Source of the DNA: Wigglesworthia glossinidia endosymbiont of Glossina morsitans morsitans (Yale colony)
Lineage (GTDB): Bacteria; Pseudomonadota; Gammaproteobacteria; Enterobacterales; Enterobacteriaceae
Assembly: GCF_000247565.1 (NCBI RefSeq)
Contig: NC_016893.1
Coordinates: 600,001 to 632,000, forward strand
Reading direction: 5' to 3'
DNA: 32,000 bases
The notes beneath the pieces are model-generated. The model made no database searches. It saw nothing but the letters and a program-made list of their open reading frames with translations, and was not told the origin of the DNA. This document shows, piece after piece, positions 10,983 to 21,353 of the stretch. The first letter of the stretch is position 1. Each line of letters starts with the position of its first letter. The position numbers were made by a program, and so were the translations under genes.

Positions 10983-11411
10983 TTAAATATTTTTTGTTCC
11001 TAATTTATTAATTAAATTACTTTCGAGTACTACCATAGCACATGCATACTTGCGTTCGTCAGTTAAACTAAGATGTATATCAGTGATATTTAAATCTTTT
11101 AAAAGATTTTTGGCTATTGAATTTAATTTTAAATAAGGTTTTCCCAAATGATCGTGGAAAATTTCAAAATGCGCAAATGATAATCCTTTTCGCATTCCAA
11201 TGCCTAGTGCTTTACTTGCTGCTTCTTTAGCTGCTAAATGTTTTGCAAGAAAATAAATAGATTTTCTGATATGAGTATTTAATAATCCATAATATTGAAT
11301 TTCTTCATTCTTAGACAAAATTTTTTTTATAAATCTATTTCCATAATATAAAATAACTTTATTAATTCTTTTTATGCTTACAATATCTATTCCTATTCCG
11401 ATTATTGTCAT
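10983..11411 (-). CDS. acpS: Holo-[acyl-carrier-protein] synthase
   Basis: 142 aa with [55 protein letters not shown]. Overlaps pdxJ by 4 bp. Confidence 0.95.
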   Translation of the reverse strand: MTIIGIGIDIVSIKRINKVILYYGNRFIKKILSKNEEIQYYGLLNTHIRKSIYFLAKHLAAKEAASKALGIGMRKGLSFAHFEIFHDHLGKPYLKLNSIAKNLLKDLNITDIHLSLTDERKYACAMVVLESNLINKLGTKNI

Positions 11412-12142
11412 GTATTACGTGCCATATATATAATATTTTTCATTTCTTGAATAGATTTAAAAATACCTAATATTATACTTCTGCTAATTATAGAATGTCC
11501 TATATTAATTTCTTTTATATTTTCAATTTTTGCAATGTCATAAACATTAAAAATATTTAATCCGTGTCCTGCATGTACTTGTAAACCAAGGTCATTGCAA
11601 TACTTAGAGCAATTTTGAATTTTTTTTAGTTCTATTCGTTTGTTTATTAAACTATTTTGATTTGCATATTTTCCCGTATTTATTTCAATACAGTCTGCAG
11701 AAATTTTAGAAGCAGCTAAAATTTGTTCTTTTATAGGATCTAAAAATACAGAAACTTTAATGCCAATATTTTTTAATTTTAAAATTAAATTATGTAAATT
11801 TTTTTTTTGTTTAATGATATCAAGACCGCTTTCTGTAGTAATTTCTGCTCTATTTTCTGGCACTAAACAGCAAGAATTTGGAAGTAATTTTTGTGCAATA
11901 TTAAACATATTTTCTGTAGGAGCCATTTCTAAATTAATTTTTGAATGTATAATTTTTTTTATTAAAAAAAGATCTTTTTCATGAATATGTCGACGATCTT
12001 CGCGAAGATGCATTGTAATGCCGTCTGCTCCTGCAGATTCAGCAATTATAGCAACGTGTACTGGACTCGGATCTTTCCCTCCACGTGCATTTCTTAAAGT
12101 AGCTACATGATCGATATTAATACCTAAAGATAATTGAGACAT
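11408..12142 (-). CDS. pdxJ: Pyridoxine 5'-phosphate synthase
   Basis: 244 aa with [61 protein letters not shown]. Confidence 0.96.
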   Translation of the reverse strand: MSQLSLGINIDHVATLRNARGGKDPSPVHVAIIAESAGADGITMHLREDRRHIHEKDLFLIKKIIHSKINLEMAPTENMFNIAQKLLPNSCCLVPENRAEITTESGLDIIKQKKNLHNLILKLKNIGIKVSVFLDPIKEQILAASKISADCIEINTGKYANQNSLINKRIELKKIQNCSKYCNDLGLQVHAGHGLNIFNVYDIAKIENIKEINIGHSIISRSIILGIFKSIQEMKNIIYMARNT

Positions 12143-12259
12143 AAATTTAGTTTTAAAATTTTATAATGATAACGAATAAAATATAAATATAAGTATATTA
12201 TGTTTTTGTCAAGAAATATTATTATATATTCTATTTTTTAATTAAAAAATAAATTTAAT

Positions 12260-12940
12260 TTAAACTATATTTAATAATATTAAAGCTTTTTTAGCTGCAG
12301 ATTGTTCTGCTTTTCTACGCGTAGTACCGCGTCCAATCGTCTGTGTATTTAATCCATGAATTAAGCAATATATAATAAATTCTTGATTGTGCGATTCTCC
12401 TTGGATTTCTTTTAAAGAATAATTTGGTAATGGATATCGATTACTTTGCAAATATTCTTGTAATCTTGTTTTAGGATCTTTTTGTATATTTCCTGGTTGA
12501 ATAATATTCAATCTTGTTTGATACCAATGAATAACTGTTTTATAAGTTGTTTGTATATTACTATCTAAAAAAATTCCTCCTATTAATGCTTCTATTGTGT
12601 TAGATAAAATAGATTCACGTTTTCGACCTCCTGTTTTAATCTCTCCAACACCTAAAAGTAAATAGTTGCCTAAGCAAAATTCATTTGCAATTTCTACTAA
12701 TGTATAACCTCTTACTAAAGAGGCACGCATTTGACTTAAATCACCTTCTGCAATATTTAAAAAATTACGATATAATACATCTGAAATAATATAATTTAAG
12801 ATAGAATCACCTAAAAATTCTAATCTTTCATTATGTTTATTACTAAAACTACGATGTGTTAAAGCTTGCTGCAAAAGTGTATTTTTTTTAAAAATATATC
12901 CTATTTTTTTTTGTAATGTTCTTGCAGTATCTATCTTCAT
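12260..12940 (-). CDS. rnc: Ribonuclease III
   Basis: 226 aa with the RNase III signature [12 protein letters not shown], plus [11 protein letters not shown] and a C-terminal dsRNA-binding domain ([34 protein letters not shown]...[18 protein letters not shown]). Confidence 0.97.
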   Translation of the reverse strand: MKIDTARTLQKKIGYIFKKNTLLQQALTHRSFSNKHNERLEFLGDSILNYIISDVLYRNFLNIAEGDLSQMRASLVRGYTLVEIANEFCLGNYLLLGVGEIKTGGRKRESILSNTIEALIGGIFLDSNIQTTYKTVIHWYQTRLNIIQPGNIQKDPKTRLQEYLQSNRYPLPNYSLKEIQGESHNQEFIIYCLIHGLNTQTIGRGTTRRKAEQSAAKKALILLNIV

Positions 12941-13016
12941 ATAAATAAGTAAATTTTAATTAATTAAAATTGTTTTTTGTTTAATTAAAAATATTTAAAA
13001 TATAATTTATAAATCG

Positions 13017-13982
13017 TTATTGTATCTTTCCAATACGATGTATGCGTATTCCAGTAGGCCATTGATTTTCTTTTTTTTCTAAACTCATCCAGATTAAAAA
13101 AGCTTTTCCTACGACGTTTTTTTCAGGTACAAAACCCCAATATCTACTATCTGAACTATTATCACGGTTATCTCCCATGACAAAGTAATTACCATTAGGT
13201 ACCACCCAATTACCTAAGCTTTGGTTAGATTGTGCATAGTAGTTATTTAATTGATCTTGATATATTGGTAACGTTAAAATATCATGACTATGATTTTCAA
13301 TTTTTTCTTTTTTTAATAACATACGAATGCCCATAGAAACAGGTTTGTTAAAATCTAATTCTATAAATTCATTATTAATTTGATTTTTTTTTTGAAATAA
13401 TAAAGTTTGCACGAAAATGCTTGGTACAGAATAACTATAAGTAGTTGATAAAGAACGTGATGAAGAAATTGTATGTTTTGAAATTACTTGCGGCTGAATA
13501 GTAATTTCTTTATTTATTGGATTATATGAGATTTTATCTCCAGGAATTCCAACGACTCTTTTGATATAATCTAATTTATTGTTTAAAGGATATTTAAATA
13601 CAATAACATCGCCTCTGCATGGAGAATTAACGGATATCATAGTATTTTGTGTAATTGGTTCTTTGATGCCATATATAAATTTGTTAACTAAAATGAAATC
13701 TCCAATTAATAAATTTGGCATCATCGAACCAGAAGGAATTTGAAATGGTTCAAATAAAAAAAATCTTACTATAATTACTAACAATAATCCTGGAAACATT
13801 GATGCAATTGAATGAATCCAAGTAAAATATTTATTTTTTGTAAATTGAATTAATTTATTGTATTTAGCATCAGAATTAAGTTGTATTTTGTATATTTTGT
13901 TTTTTAAAAATTTTATAAAAACCCATAAAATTCCTGTAATTAACGTAATACTAATTAATAGTAAAGAAAATAAATTAATCAA
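13017..13982 (-). CDS. lepB: Signal peptidase I
   Basis: 321 aa with two N-terminal TM segments, the catalytic Ser region QIPSGSMMPNLLIGDFILVNK, the catalytic Lys region RGDVIVFKYPLNNKLDYIKRVVGIPGD, and NYFVMGDNRDNSSDSRYWGFVPEKNVVGKA. Confidence 0.97.
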   Translation of the reverse strand: MINLFSLLLISITLITGILWVFIKFLKNKIYKIQLNSDAKYNKLIQFTKNKYFTWIHSIASMFPGLLLVIIVRFFLFEPFQIPSGSMMPNLLIGDFILVNKFIYGIKEPITQNTMISVNSPCRGDVIVFKYPLNNKLDYIKRVVGIPGDKISYNPINKEITIQPQVISKHTISSSRSLSTTYSYSVPSIFVQTLLFQKKNQINNEFIELDFNKPVSMGIRMLLKKEKIENHSHDILTLPIYQDQLNNYYAQSNQSLGNWVVPNGNYFVMGDNRDNSSDSRYWGFVPEKNVVGKAFLIWMSLEKKENQWPTGIRIHRIGKIQ

Positions 13983-14015
13983 ATTTTCTCCTCAAATTAT
14001 CCATGTATCCATATA

Positions 14016-15806
14016 TTATTTTTTAACATCTAAAATAGAAAAAAAAACCTCTTGAGGTAAGCAAAAGTTTCCTATTTGTTTCATTCTTTTTTTTCCTATC
14101 TTTTGTTTTTTAAGTAATTTCTTTTTTCTACTTACATCTCCACCGTAACATTTTGATAAAACGTTTTTTCTTAATTGTTTTACTGTCCCTTTTGCAATAA
14201 TTTGATTATTTATTGACGTTTGAATTACAATATCAAATTGTTGACGAGGAATTAATTTCTTTAATTTTGCTATAATTTTTTGGCTATAAATATGTATATA
14301 ATTTTTATGTACTATGCATGTAAGAGCATCTAAAACTGTTTTATTCACAAGTGTTTTTATTATGACAGAGCTAGTTTTTTTGAAAAATTTAAATTTGTAA
14401 TTTAAAGATGCATAACCTTTAGAAATAGATTGTAATCGATCAAAAAAATTTAATATAATTTCTGCCATAGGTAATTCGTAAACTAACATAACATTCATAT
14501 CATAATATAACAAATTGATTTGTGTTCCTCTTTTTTCATTACATAAAGTAATTATTTTGCCTAAATATTCTGATGGAAACAAAATATAACATAAAGCAAT
14601 CGGTTCTCTTAATTCTAATATGTATTTTTTTTCAGGTATTTGAGATGGTGATTGAATGTGCATAATAATTCTATCTTTTGTTAATACCTCATACATCACT
14701 GTAGGAGAAGTTACAATTACGTTGATCTTATATTCTCTTTCCAAACGTTCTTGAATAATTTCTAAATGCAATAATCCAAGAAATCCACACTTAAATCCCA
14801 TACCTAATGCATAAGAATTTTCAGGTTCATAAAAAAAAGAAGAATCATTGTAATTGAGTTTCTTTAAGCTATCTTTTAAAGATGTATATTTTTCTGAAAC
14901 AATTGGAAATATGCTTGCAAATATTTTAGGAGAAATTTTTTTAAAGCCAGGTAACATTTTTTGAGATGCACGTGAAGCAAGAGTAATTGTATCACCTACA
15001 AGTGCTCCATGTATTTTTTTAATAGAACAAGCAATCCAGCCTATCTCTCCACATTTGAGAGATTTGATATTAGTTTTTTCTGGAGTAAATATTCCCATAT
15101 GAACAACAGAATAAATTTCTTGGGTGCTCATAATTTTTATTTTTACACCTTGTTTTAAATAACCATTTTTAATTCTAACTAATATAATTACTCCAAGGTA
15201 GTTATCGAACCAAGAATCTATAATTAATGCTTGCAATTCAGAATCGGGATTTCCACATGGTGGATTTAAATTATTTGTAATATATTCTAAAATGTAAGGC
15301 ACACCTAAACCAGTTTTTGCAGAACACTGCAAAATATTATTTGATTTAATACCAATAATACTTTCAATTTCTTTAGTAATTTTTTCAGGACGAACATGAG
15401 GCAAATCTATTTTATTTAAAATCGGTATAATTTTAATTTGCATTTTTGATGCAATATGAAAATTCGCAATAGTTTGCGCTTCTATTCCTTGAGATGCATC
15501 AATAATTAACAATGCACCTTCGCAAGCTGATAAAGATCGAGAAACTTCATATGAAAAATCAGTATGTCCTGGAGTATCAATTAAATTAAACTGGTATTGA
15601 TTCTTATTTTTTGCTGTATAATCTAGTCTAACACTTTGTGCTTTAATTGTAATACCTCTTTCCTGCTCTAACTCCATAGTATCTAGCATTTGATTTTTTA
15701 TTTCATGAGAAGACAAATTATTACAAATTTGAATAAATCGATCAGATAAAGTAGATTTACCATGATTAATATGCGCAATAATGGCAAAGTTTCTTATATT
15801 TTTCAT
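14016..15806 (-). CDS. lepA: Elongation factor 4 (LepA GTPase)
   Basis: 596 aa with [57 protein letters not shown], and the LepA-specific C-terminus [12 protein letters not shown]...[11 protein letters not shown]-like...[28 protein letters not shown]. Confidence 0.98.
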   Translation of the reverse strand: MKNIRNFAIIAHINHGKSTLSDRFIQICNNLSSHEIKNQMLDTMELEQERGITIKAQSVRLDYTAKNKNQYQFNLIDTPGHTDFSYEVSRSLSACEGALLIIDASQGIEAQTIANFHIASKMQIKIIPILNKIDLPHVRPEKITKEIESIIGIKSNNILQCSAKTGLGVPYILEYITNNLNPPCGNPDSELQALIIDSWFDNYLGVIILVRIKNGYLKQGVKIKIMSTQEIYSVVHMGIFTPEKTNIKSLKCGEIGWIACSIKKIHGALVGDTITLASRASQKMLPGFKKISPKIFASIFPIVSEKYTSLKDSLKKLNYNDSSFFYEPENSYALGMGFKCGFLGLLHLEIIQERLEREYKINVIVTSPTVMYEVLTKDRIIMHIQSPSQIPEKKYILELREPIALCYILFPSEYLGKIITLCNEKRGTQINLLYYDMNVMLVYELPMAEIILNFFDRLQSISKGYASLNYKFKFFKKTSSVIIKTLVNKTVLDALTCIVHKNYIHIYSQKIIAKLKKLIPRQQFDIVIQTSINNQIIAKGTVKQLRKNVLSKCYGGDVSRKKKLLKKQKIGKKRMKQIGNFCLPQEVFFSILDVKK

Positions 15807-16333
15807 AAAAAATAAATTTAATTTGAGTTAGTATTAACTTAGTATTAATTAAAAATTTTTATATTTAACAGTTTTACATTATTTTTATATACACGATAAT
15901 GATATTTTTATCTGTATATATTATGCTTAAATTTAATCATTAAAAATATAATTTAATAGAAAATTTTAAATATAAAAAAATCTAAAATCAATAAAGTTTA
16001 TATATTGAATATATCATATACTTTATTTGTATAAAGTAAATATAGTTCAATTTATTAATTTTTTATATTACAAAATAAATATATTAAAATAATAACATAA
16101 AGTATTAAATAATATATTTTATACATACCTATTTTCATTATTTATTTAAATTGAATTTTTATAATTAAAATTTTAATAAAAATAAAATTTATTAATACTT
16201 TAAAAAATATAATTAAATTTTAAATTGAAAATAAAAATTTACTTCTTATTAAATAATAAGTATTATCTATTTAAAACATTTTGAAATTTTATTTTCATTT
16301 ATCATATATATTTGCAATCAATATTTTAATTAT

Positions 16334-16921
16334 ATGAAATATATTAATAATCCTTATATCGTTGGACTCACCGGAGGAATTGGAAGCGGGAAAAGTACAA
16401 TATCAAAAATGTTTAAAAAATTTAATATACCCATAATAGAATCAGATTTAGTTGCAAAAAATATTATTTTTTTCAAAAAAGACATTTATAAAAAAATAAA
16501 AAGTAAAGTAGGAATGAATACAAAATTAAAAAATAAAAATTTTGTTTTAAGAGAATATATTTTTGAATCTAGTCATAATTTATTGTGGATAAATCAATTA
16601 ATACATCCGATAGTGATTCGAAAAATAAAAAATATAATCAAAAAATATACAAAATTTCCATATATCATATGGGTCAGTCCTTTACTAATCGAAAATAATC
16701 TTCAATTTTTTGTAGATCGAGTGTTATTAATTAACGTTGATCCAGATTTACAATTAAAAAGAGCATCGCTAAGAGACAAATTAGAAAAAGAAAAAATATT
16801 TAAAATTTTTAATTTTCAAATTTCTCAAGAAAACAGATTACAATATGCTCATGATGTTATTAATAACTATAATTTAGATACAGTAAAAAAAAAGGTTTTT
16901 TTTTACACAAATATTATTTAA
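16334..16921 (+). CDS. coaE: Dephospho-CoA kinase
   Basis: 195 aa with P-loop VGLTGGIGSGKSTISKMFKKFNIPIIESD, LIHPIVIRKI, PYIIWVSPLLIENN, RVLLINVDPDLQLKRASLRD. Confidence 0.92.
   Translation: MKYINNPYIVGLTGGIGSGKSTISKMFKKFNIPIIESDLVAKNIIFFKKDIYKKIKSKVGMNTKLKNKNFVLREYIFESSHNLLWINQLIHPIVIRKIKNIIKKYTKFPYIIWVSPLLIENNLQFFVDRVLLINVDPDLQLKRASLRDKLEKEKIFKIFNFQISQENRLQYAHDVINNYNLDTVKKKVFFYTNII
16884..16907. repeat. Perfect short-spacer inverted repeat GTAAAAAAAAA-GG-TTTTTTTTTAC
   Basis: Read directly: 11-nt arms separated by GG, inside the last codons of coaE (encoding ..TVKKKVFFYTN..). Confidence 0.9.
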
Positions 16922-17300
16922 GTGAATCTATTAAAAAATTAATAATGTTAAAAAATCAACCTTAAATCGATTTGTTTTTTTTAACATAATATATTTATTT
17001 TTATGATAAAAAAAATTTTAAAATAAAACTTTGTTATATTTATAATAACGTATTACATTAAAACTCTTAATTTTTATTATATTTAAGCTGTTAAAAATTT
17101 CGTAAAAATAAATATTTTAATTTTTAGTGCAACATGCAATTTCATAAAATATTTTGAAATAAGTTTATTTCGGATAAATATTATAAAATATATTTTTATT
17201 TATTTTTTAAAAATGAAAAAATTTTTTATAAAAATTTTATAAGTAGTTTTAATAACACAATATTAACCAGTTTGAATAAAAATTTATTAGGTATAAAATA

Positions 17301-18095
17301 ATGTTTACTAAGTTCTTTTTAAATTTATCTCGTCAAATTACGTTATTAATTATTTTATTAATACCACTAAAAATAGTATTTGCTGACAAATTAAATGATA
17401 TTAAAAAATCAGGAATTTTAAAAGTAGCAATATTTGATTCTAACCCTCCATTTGGAAAAATTGATTTTAAATCACATCAAATTATAGGATATGATGCAGA
17501 TATTGCTCAAGAATTAGCTAAAATGCTAAAAGTTCAATTGCAATTAATTTCTACTAATCCATCTAATCGAATACCACTATTGCAATCAGGAAAAGTTGAT
17601 TTAATAATTGCGGATATCACCATTACTCCAGAAAGAAAAAAAGTAATTAATTTTTCTATCCCATATTTTTCTACAAAACAAAAAATTTTAACACATATAA
17701 GTTCTTCAGATAATTTGCAGGATTACGCGAAGGAACGTATTGGTGTGGTAAAAGGCACTACTGGTCAGCAAACATTAAGTCATCGTTTTCCAGAAGCAAA
17801 AATCATTGCTTATAACGATATACCAATGGCTTTTTCTGCTTTAAGAAATAAAAATGTTAAAGCTATTACTCAAGACAGCACTATTTTAGAAGGATTAATT
17901 TTTGGAGCTCCCGACCGAAATCAATATAAAATATTATCAAATTCTATTAGCGAAGAAACTATAGGAATAGGTGTTAAAAAAGGGGAAGAAAGATTATTAA
18001 ACGAAATTAATAAAAATTTGATGAAATTAGAAAATTCTGGAATAAAGAATAATATTTATAATAAATGGTTCAATTTGAATAAATATAAACAATAA
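17301..18095 (+). CDS. Periplasmic substrate-binding protein of a polar amino-acid (glutamate/aspartate-type) ABC transporter
   Basis: 264 aa with a Sec signal peptide (MFTKFFLNLSRQITLLIILLIPLKIVFA) and family-3 solute-binding motifs: IIGYDADIAQELAKML, NRIPLLQSGKVDLIIADITITPERKKVINFSIPYF, VVKGTTGQQTL. Confidence 0.88.
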   Translation: MFTKFFLNLSRQITLLIILLIPLKIVFADKLNDIKKSGILKVAIFDSNPPFGKIDFKSHQIIGYDADIAQELAKMLKVQLQLISTNPSNRIPLLQSGKVDLIIADITITPERKKVINFSIPYFSTKQKILTHISSSDNLQDYAKERIGVVKGTTGQQTLSHRFPEAKIIAYNDIPMAFSALRNKNVKAITQDSTILEGLIFGAPDRNQYKILSNSISEETIGIGVKKGEERLLNEINKNLMKLENSGIKNNIYNKWFNLNKYKQ

Positions 18096-18125
18096 AAATA
18101 ATTTTAAATTATATTTAGGCTATTT

Positions 18126-18905
18126 ATGGAAGAAAAAAAAATACAAGATACTACAAAAGTAGCAGTTAAATTTTTCCAAGTATATAAAAAAATTAATAAA
18201 GTACAAATTTTGAATAATATTAATTTAAATATTTTATCTGGAAAAGTTATTGTAATCTGTGGTCCTTCTGGATCTGGAAAATCTACTTTAGTACGATTAA
18301 TTAATCGATTAGAAGAATTTGATAATGGAGAAATTTTTATTTATGGAAAACCGATATCTAATTTACAAGGTAATGCTTTAAGAAAATTGCGTATGAAAAT
18401 AGGATTTGTTTTTCAAAAATTTAATTTATATGAAAATCTTAATGTTTTAAATAATGTAGCTTTATCTTTAATTAAAATTCAAAATTGGGAAAAAGAAAAA
18501 GCGCACCAGCATGCCATTGAAAAACTGAAAGAAGTAGGACTGCTAGATAAAATTAAATCTTATCCTCATGAGCTTTCGGGAGGTCAACAACAAAGGGTTG
18601 CTATTGCAAGAGTTTTAGCTTCCAATGTTCAAATTATTATATTCGATGAACCCACATCTGCATTAGATCCAGAAATGATTAGCGAAGTCATGATAGTAAT
18701 AAAAAATTTGATTTATTATAAAATTACTATGATAGTAGTAACACACGAAATTCAATTTGCACAAAAAATAGCAGATCAAATAGTATTTTTGTCATCCGGA
18801 GAAATTTTAGAAAAATCTGATCCTAAAAATTTTTTTTCTAACCCTAAACATCCGCGTGCTAAAAAATTTTTAAAAAAAATATTATTTCCATTAAAACACA
18901 CTTAA
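18126..18905 (+). CDS. gltL: Polar amino-acid ABC transporter ATPase, GltL-like
   Basis: 259 aa with Walker A VICGPSGSGKSTLVRLINRLE, FVFQKFNLYENLNV, signature LSGGQQQRVAIARVLA, Walker B IIIFDEPTSALDPEM, VVTHEIQFAQ. Confidence 0.85.
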   Translation: MEEKKIQDTTKVAVKFFQVYKKINKVQILNNINLNILSGKVIVICGPSGSGKSTLVRLINRLEEFDNGEIFIYGKPISNLQGNALRKLRMKIGFVFQKFNLYENLNVLNNVALSLIKIQNWEKEKAHQHAIEKLKEVGLLDKIKSYPHELSGGQQQRVAIARVLASNVQIIIFDEPTSALDPEMISEVMIVIKNLIYYKITMIVVTHEIQFAQKIADQIVFLSSGEILEKSDPKNFFSNPKHPRAKKFLKKILFPLKHT

Positions 18906-18915
18906 AGATAAGTAT

Positions 18916-19644
18916 ATGGAACGTTTACAATTCGATTGGGTTACTATTTTTCAGGGAGAATCTATTAATTGGATAATAACTGGACTAATTAATACCGTAT
19001 TAATTACTGTAATTAGTTCTATTTTTGCGACAGTTTTGACTATAATCTTATTTTTTTTTAAAAAAACTTCTCATCATTTAATTACAATTCTCATTGATTT
19101 ATTGACATCAATTATTAGAAAAACTCCATTTTTAATACAATTATTTTTTTGGTATTTTGCTGCTTGGAATGCACTACCTAATTATTGGATTGAAACTATA
19201 TCTAATTATTCAAATATTAAAATATTTGAATATGATATTTATTTGTTTACTTCGGAATTTATTTGTTCAGTATGGTCTTTATCTTTATTTATTTCTGTTT
19301 ATTTAATAGAAGAATTACAATCGGGATTAAATAGATTATCTAAAGGTCAAAAAGAAGCCGCTCTTTCACAAGGTTTAAGTATGTGGTGTATATATTACAA
19401 AATATTATTGCCTCAAGGCATAAAAAATGCTTGGCAACCGATAATTAGTCAATATTTAAATTTAATAAAACTATCTTCTTTAACTTCTGCTATTGGTTTT
19501 GGAGAATTAACATATCATATTCATCAAATAGAAAGTTTTAATGCACATTCAATTGAAGCGTTTGCCATCGGAACATTTTTATATTTAATTTTAGGATTAT
19601 TATTAAGTACAAGCTTATCTTATTTTTTTCAAAAAAAATCGTAA
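18916..19644 (+). CDS. gltJ: Polar amino-acid ABC transporter permease, GltJ-like
   Basis: 242 aa multi-TM protein with a HisM/GltJ-type EAA loop: GQKEAALSQGLSMWCIYYKILLPQGIKNAWQPIISQYLNLIKLSSLTSAIG, plus RKTPFLIQLFFWYF. Confidence 0.72.
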   Translation: MERLQFDWVTIFQGESINWIITGLINTVLITVISSIFATVLTIILFFFKKTSHHLITILIDLLTSIIRKTPFLIQLFFWYFAAWNALPNYWIETISNYSNIKIFEYDIYLFTSEFICSVWSLSLFISVYLIEELQSGLNRLSKGQKEAALSQGLSMWCIYYKILLPQGIKNAWQPIISQYLNLIKLSSLTSAIGFGELTYHIHQIESFNAHSIEAFAIGTFLYLILGLLLSTSLSYFFQKKS

Positions 19645-19664
19645 AATTTTTAAGGTGAAAAATT

Positions 19665-20345
19665 ATGCATTTCCAATGGTCAGTAATTTTAGAAAATATT
19701 TCATATTTTATTTTTGGAAATACTTTTTTTGGCGAACCCGGAGGTTTATTTCTGACATTTTTTATTACTGTAATTGCAGGAATTTTTTCCATTTTACTAG
19801 GAATACTTTTGGCAATGCTATCATGGTGCATTCCAAAAATTTTTAAAAAAATATTATTTTTTATTTCTGAAATTATTAGAGGAATACCTTTAATATTTAT
19901 TATTTTTTGGATGTATTTTATTTTTCCATTTTTTTTTTCAAATTACATTTCAAGAGAAATTACGATAATTTTTTCTTTAATTTGGTTTAATTCATCAGCT
20001 GTTATGCATATTATTTTATCTGGAATTTATGCTTTACCTAAAGGTCAACACGAAGCTGGACTGGCAGAGGGATTAAGTAATTTACAAATTTTCTGCAAAA
20101 TTTTACTTCCTCAAGCTATTAAAAATTCTTTTCCTTCTTGGAATAATTTAATAATAAATTTAGTTAAAGATACTTCTTTAGCATTTATTTTAAATGTACC
20201 AGAACTTACTACAGTAGGAAGTCAATTAAACAATGTTTTCCAGGTATATTCTTTAGAAATTTTTTTATTTGTTGCTTTTTTATATTATATGCTATGTAAA
20301 TCTTTTGAAATTATTGTCAAATATTTTTTGCCTAAAATTTATTAG
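19665..20345 (+). CDS. gltK: Polar amino-acid ABC transporter permease, GltK-like
   Basis: 226 aa multi-TM protein with RGIPLIFIIFWMYF and the EAA loop KGQHEAGLAEGLSNLQIFCKILLPQAIKNSFPSWNNLIINLVKDTSLAFIL. Confidence 0.72.
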   Translation: MHFQWSVILENISYFIFGNTFFGEPGGLFLTFFITVIAGIFSILLGILLAMLSWCIPKIFKKILFFISEIIRGIPLIFIIFWMYFIFPFFFSNYISREITIIFSLIWFNSSAVMHIILSGIYALPKGQHEAGLAEGLSNLQIFCKILLPQAIKNSFPSWNNLIINLVKDTSLAFILNVPELTTVGSQLNNVFQVYSLEIFLFVAFLYYMLCKSFEIIVKYFLPKIY

Positions 20346-20354
20346 ATAAAATTT

Positions 20355-21332
20355 TTAATTATTTGTATTATGCATAAAACGTAAAAAGTTGCTTTTAGAA
20401 TCAATTAAAATTAAATCTTGTGTATTATTGAAACTATTTTCATATGCACGTAAACTTCTTATGAAAACATAAAATTCCGGATCTGCATTAAATGAAAGTG
20501 CGTATAATTTTGCTGTTTCAGCATCCGCTTCTCCTTTAATAATTAAAGATTGTCGTTTAGCTTCTGCTAAAGTTCGAGTGACTTTATAATCCGCAGTAGC
20601 ACGCAATTTTTCTGCTTCTTCTTTTCCTTGTGATCTGTGTCGTCTTGCTACGGCTTCCCTTTCAGCACGCATTCTTTGGTAAATAGCATCAGAAACTTCA
20701 GATGGTAAATTAATTTGTTTTATCCTTACGTCTACTACTTCGATGCCTAATGCGGCCATACTATTAGGGTGTATGCCAATTTCTTGTGTTTGTTCTACTG
20801 AAATAGTATCTATCTTTTTATTATATGTATTATCTTCTTCTTCTATTCCGGATGTACCATTATTTAATGAAAAACGTACGTCGCTCATTAGCTTGTTTCT
20901 AGAATCTGTAACAATTCCTTTTACATCTAAACGACCAAGTTCTGAACGTAATCTATCGGAAAATTTTCTTTTTAATAGTACTTCTCCTTGTGCTACATCT
21001 CCACCTCCTGTCGCTAAATAATATCTACTAAAATCTATTATTTTCCATTTAATATAAGAATCTACGATCAAATCTTTTTTTTCCATAGTAACAAATCGAT
21101 CTGCTTGATTCTCCATAGTTTGTATTTTTGCATCAAGATGTTTCACTGTTTCTATTAGTGGCATTTTTATATGCATTCCAGGAGCATATATTATTGGAGT
21201 ATTATCTACTCCGCGTAATACTTTTCCAAATCTTAATACTAGTCCTCTTTGACCTTCTTGCACGATAAAAAGTGCAGAATATAAAAATAAAGAAATTAAT
21301 AAAAAAGCAATAGTTACGAGATATTTTTTCAT
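20355..21332 (-). CDS. hflC: HflC, SPFH-domain regulator of FtsH
   Basis: 325 aa with FIVQEGQRGLVLRFGKVLR, YAPGMHIKMPLIETVKHLDAKIQTM, IGIEVVDVRIKQINLPSEVSDAIYQRMRAEREAVARRHRSQGKEEAEKLRA. Confidence 0.97.
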   Translation of the reverse strand: MKKYLVTIAFLLISLFLYSALFIVQEGQRGLVLRFGKVLRGVDNTPIIYAPGMHIKMPLIETVKHLDAKIQTMENQADRFVTMEKKDLIVDSYIKWKIIDFSRYYLATGGGDVAQGEVLLKRKFSDRLRSELGRLDVKGIVTDSRNKLMSDVRFSLNNGTSGIEEEDNTYNKKIDTISVEQTQEIGIHPNSMAALGIEVVDVRIKQINLPSEVSDAIYQRMRAEREAVARRHRSQGKEEAEKLRATADYKVTRTLAEAKRQSLIIKGEADAETAKLYALSFNADPEFYVFIRSLRAYENSFNNTQDLILIDSKSNFLRFMHNTNN

Positions 21333-21353
21333 TATATATACTCATTTTTTATT

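Noticed and set aside
11760-11984. Plus-strand ORF of 74 aa inside pdxJ
   Set aside because: Antisense shadow of pdxJ, Phe-rich low-complexity composition, no motif.
13858-14055. Plus-strand ORF of 65 aa spanning the lepB/lepA junction
   Set aside because: Antisense to both conserved genes, no recognisable domain.
19538-19831. Minus-strand ORF of 97 aa across the permease junction
   Set aside because: Antisense to two well-supported permease genes; low-complexity composition without a family signature.
19655-19846. Plus-strand ORF of 63 aa overlapping the second permease start
   Set aside because: Out-of-frame overlap with the 5' part of the gltK-like gene, whose own frame carries clear permease motifs.
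20743-21021. Plus-strand ORF of 92 aa inside hflC
   Set aside because: Exact antisense shadow of the conserved HflC SPFH region. I considered an overlapping gene, but nothing independent of hflC supports it.
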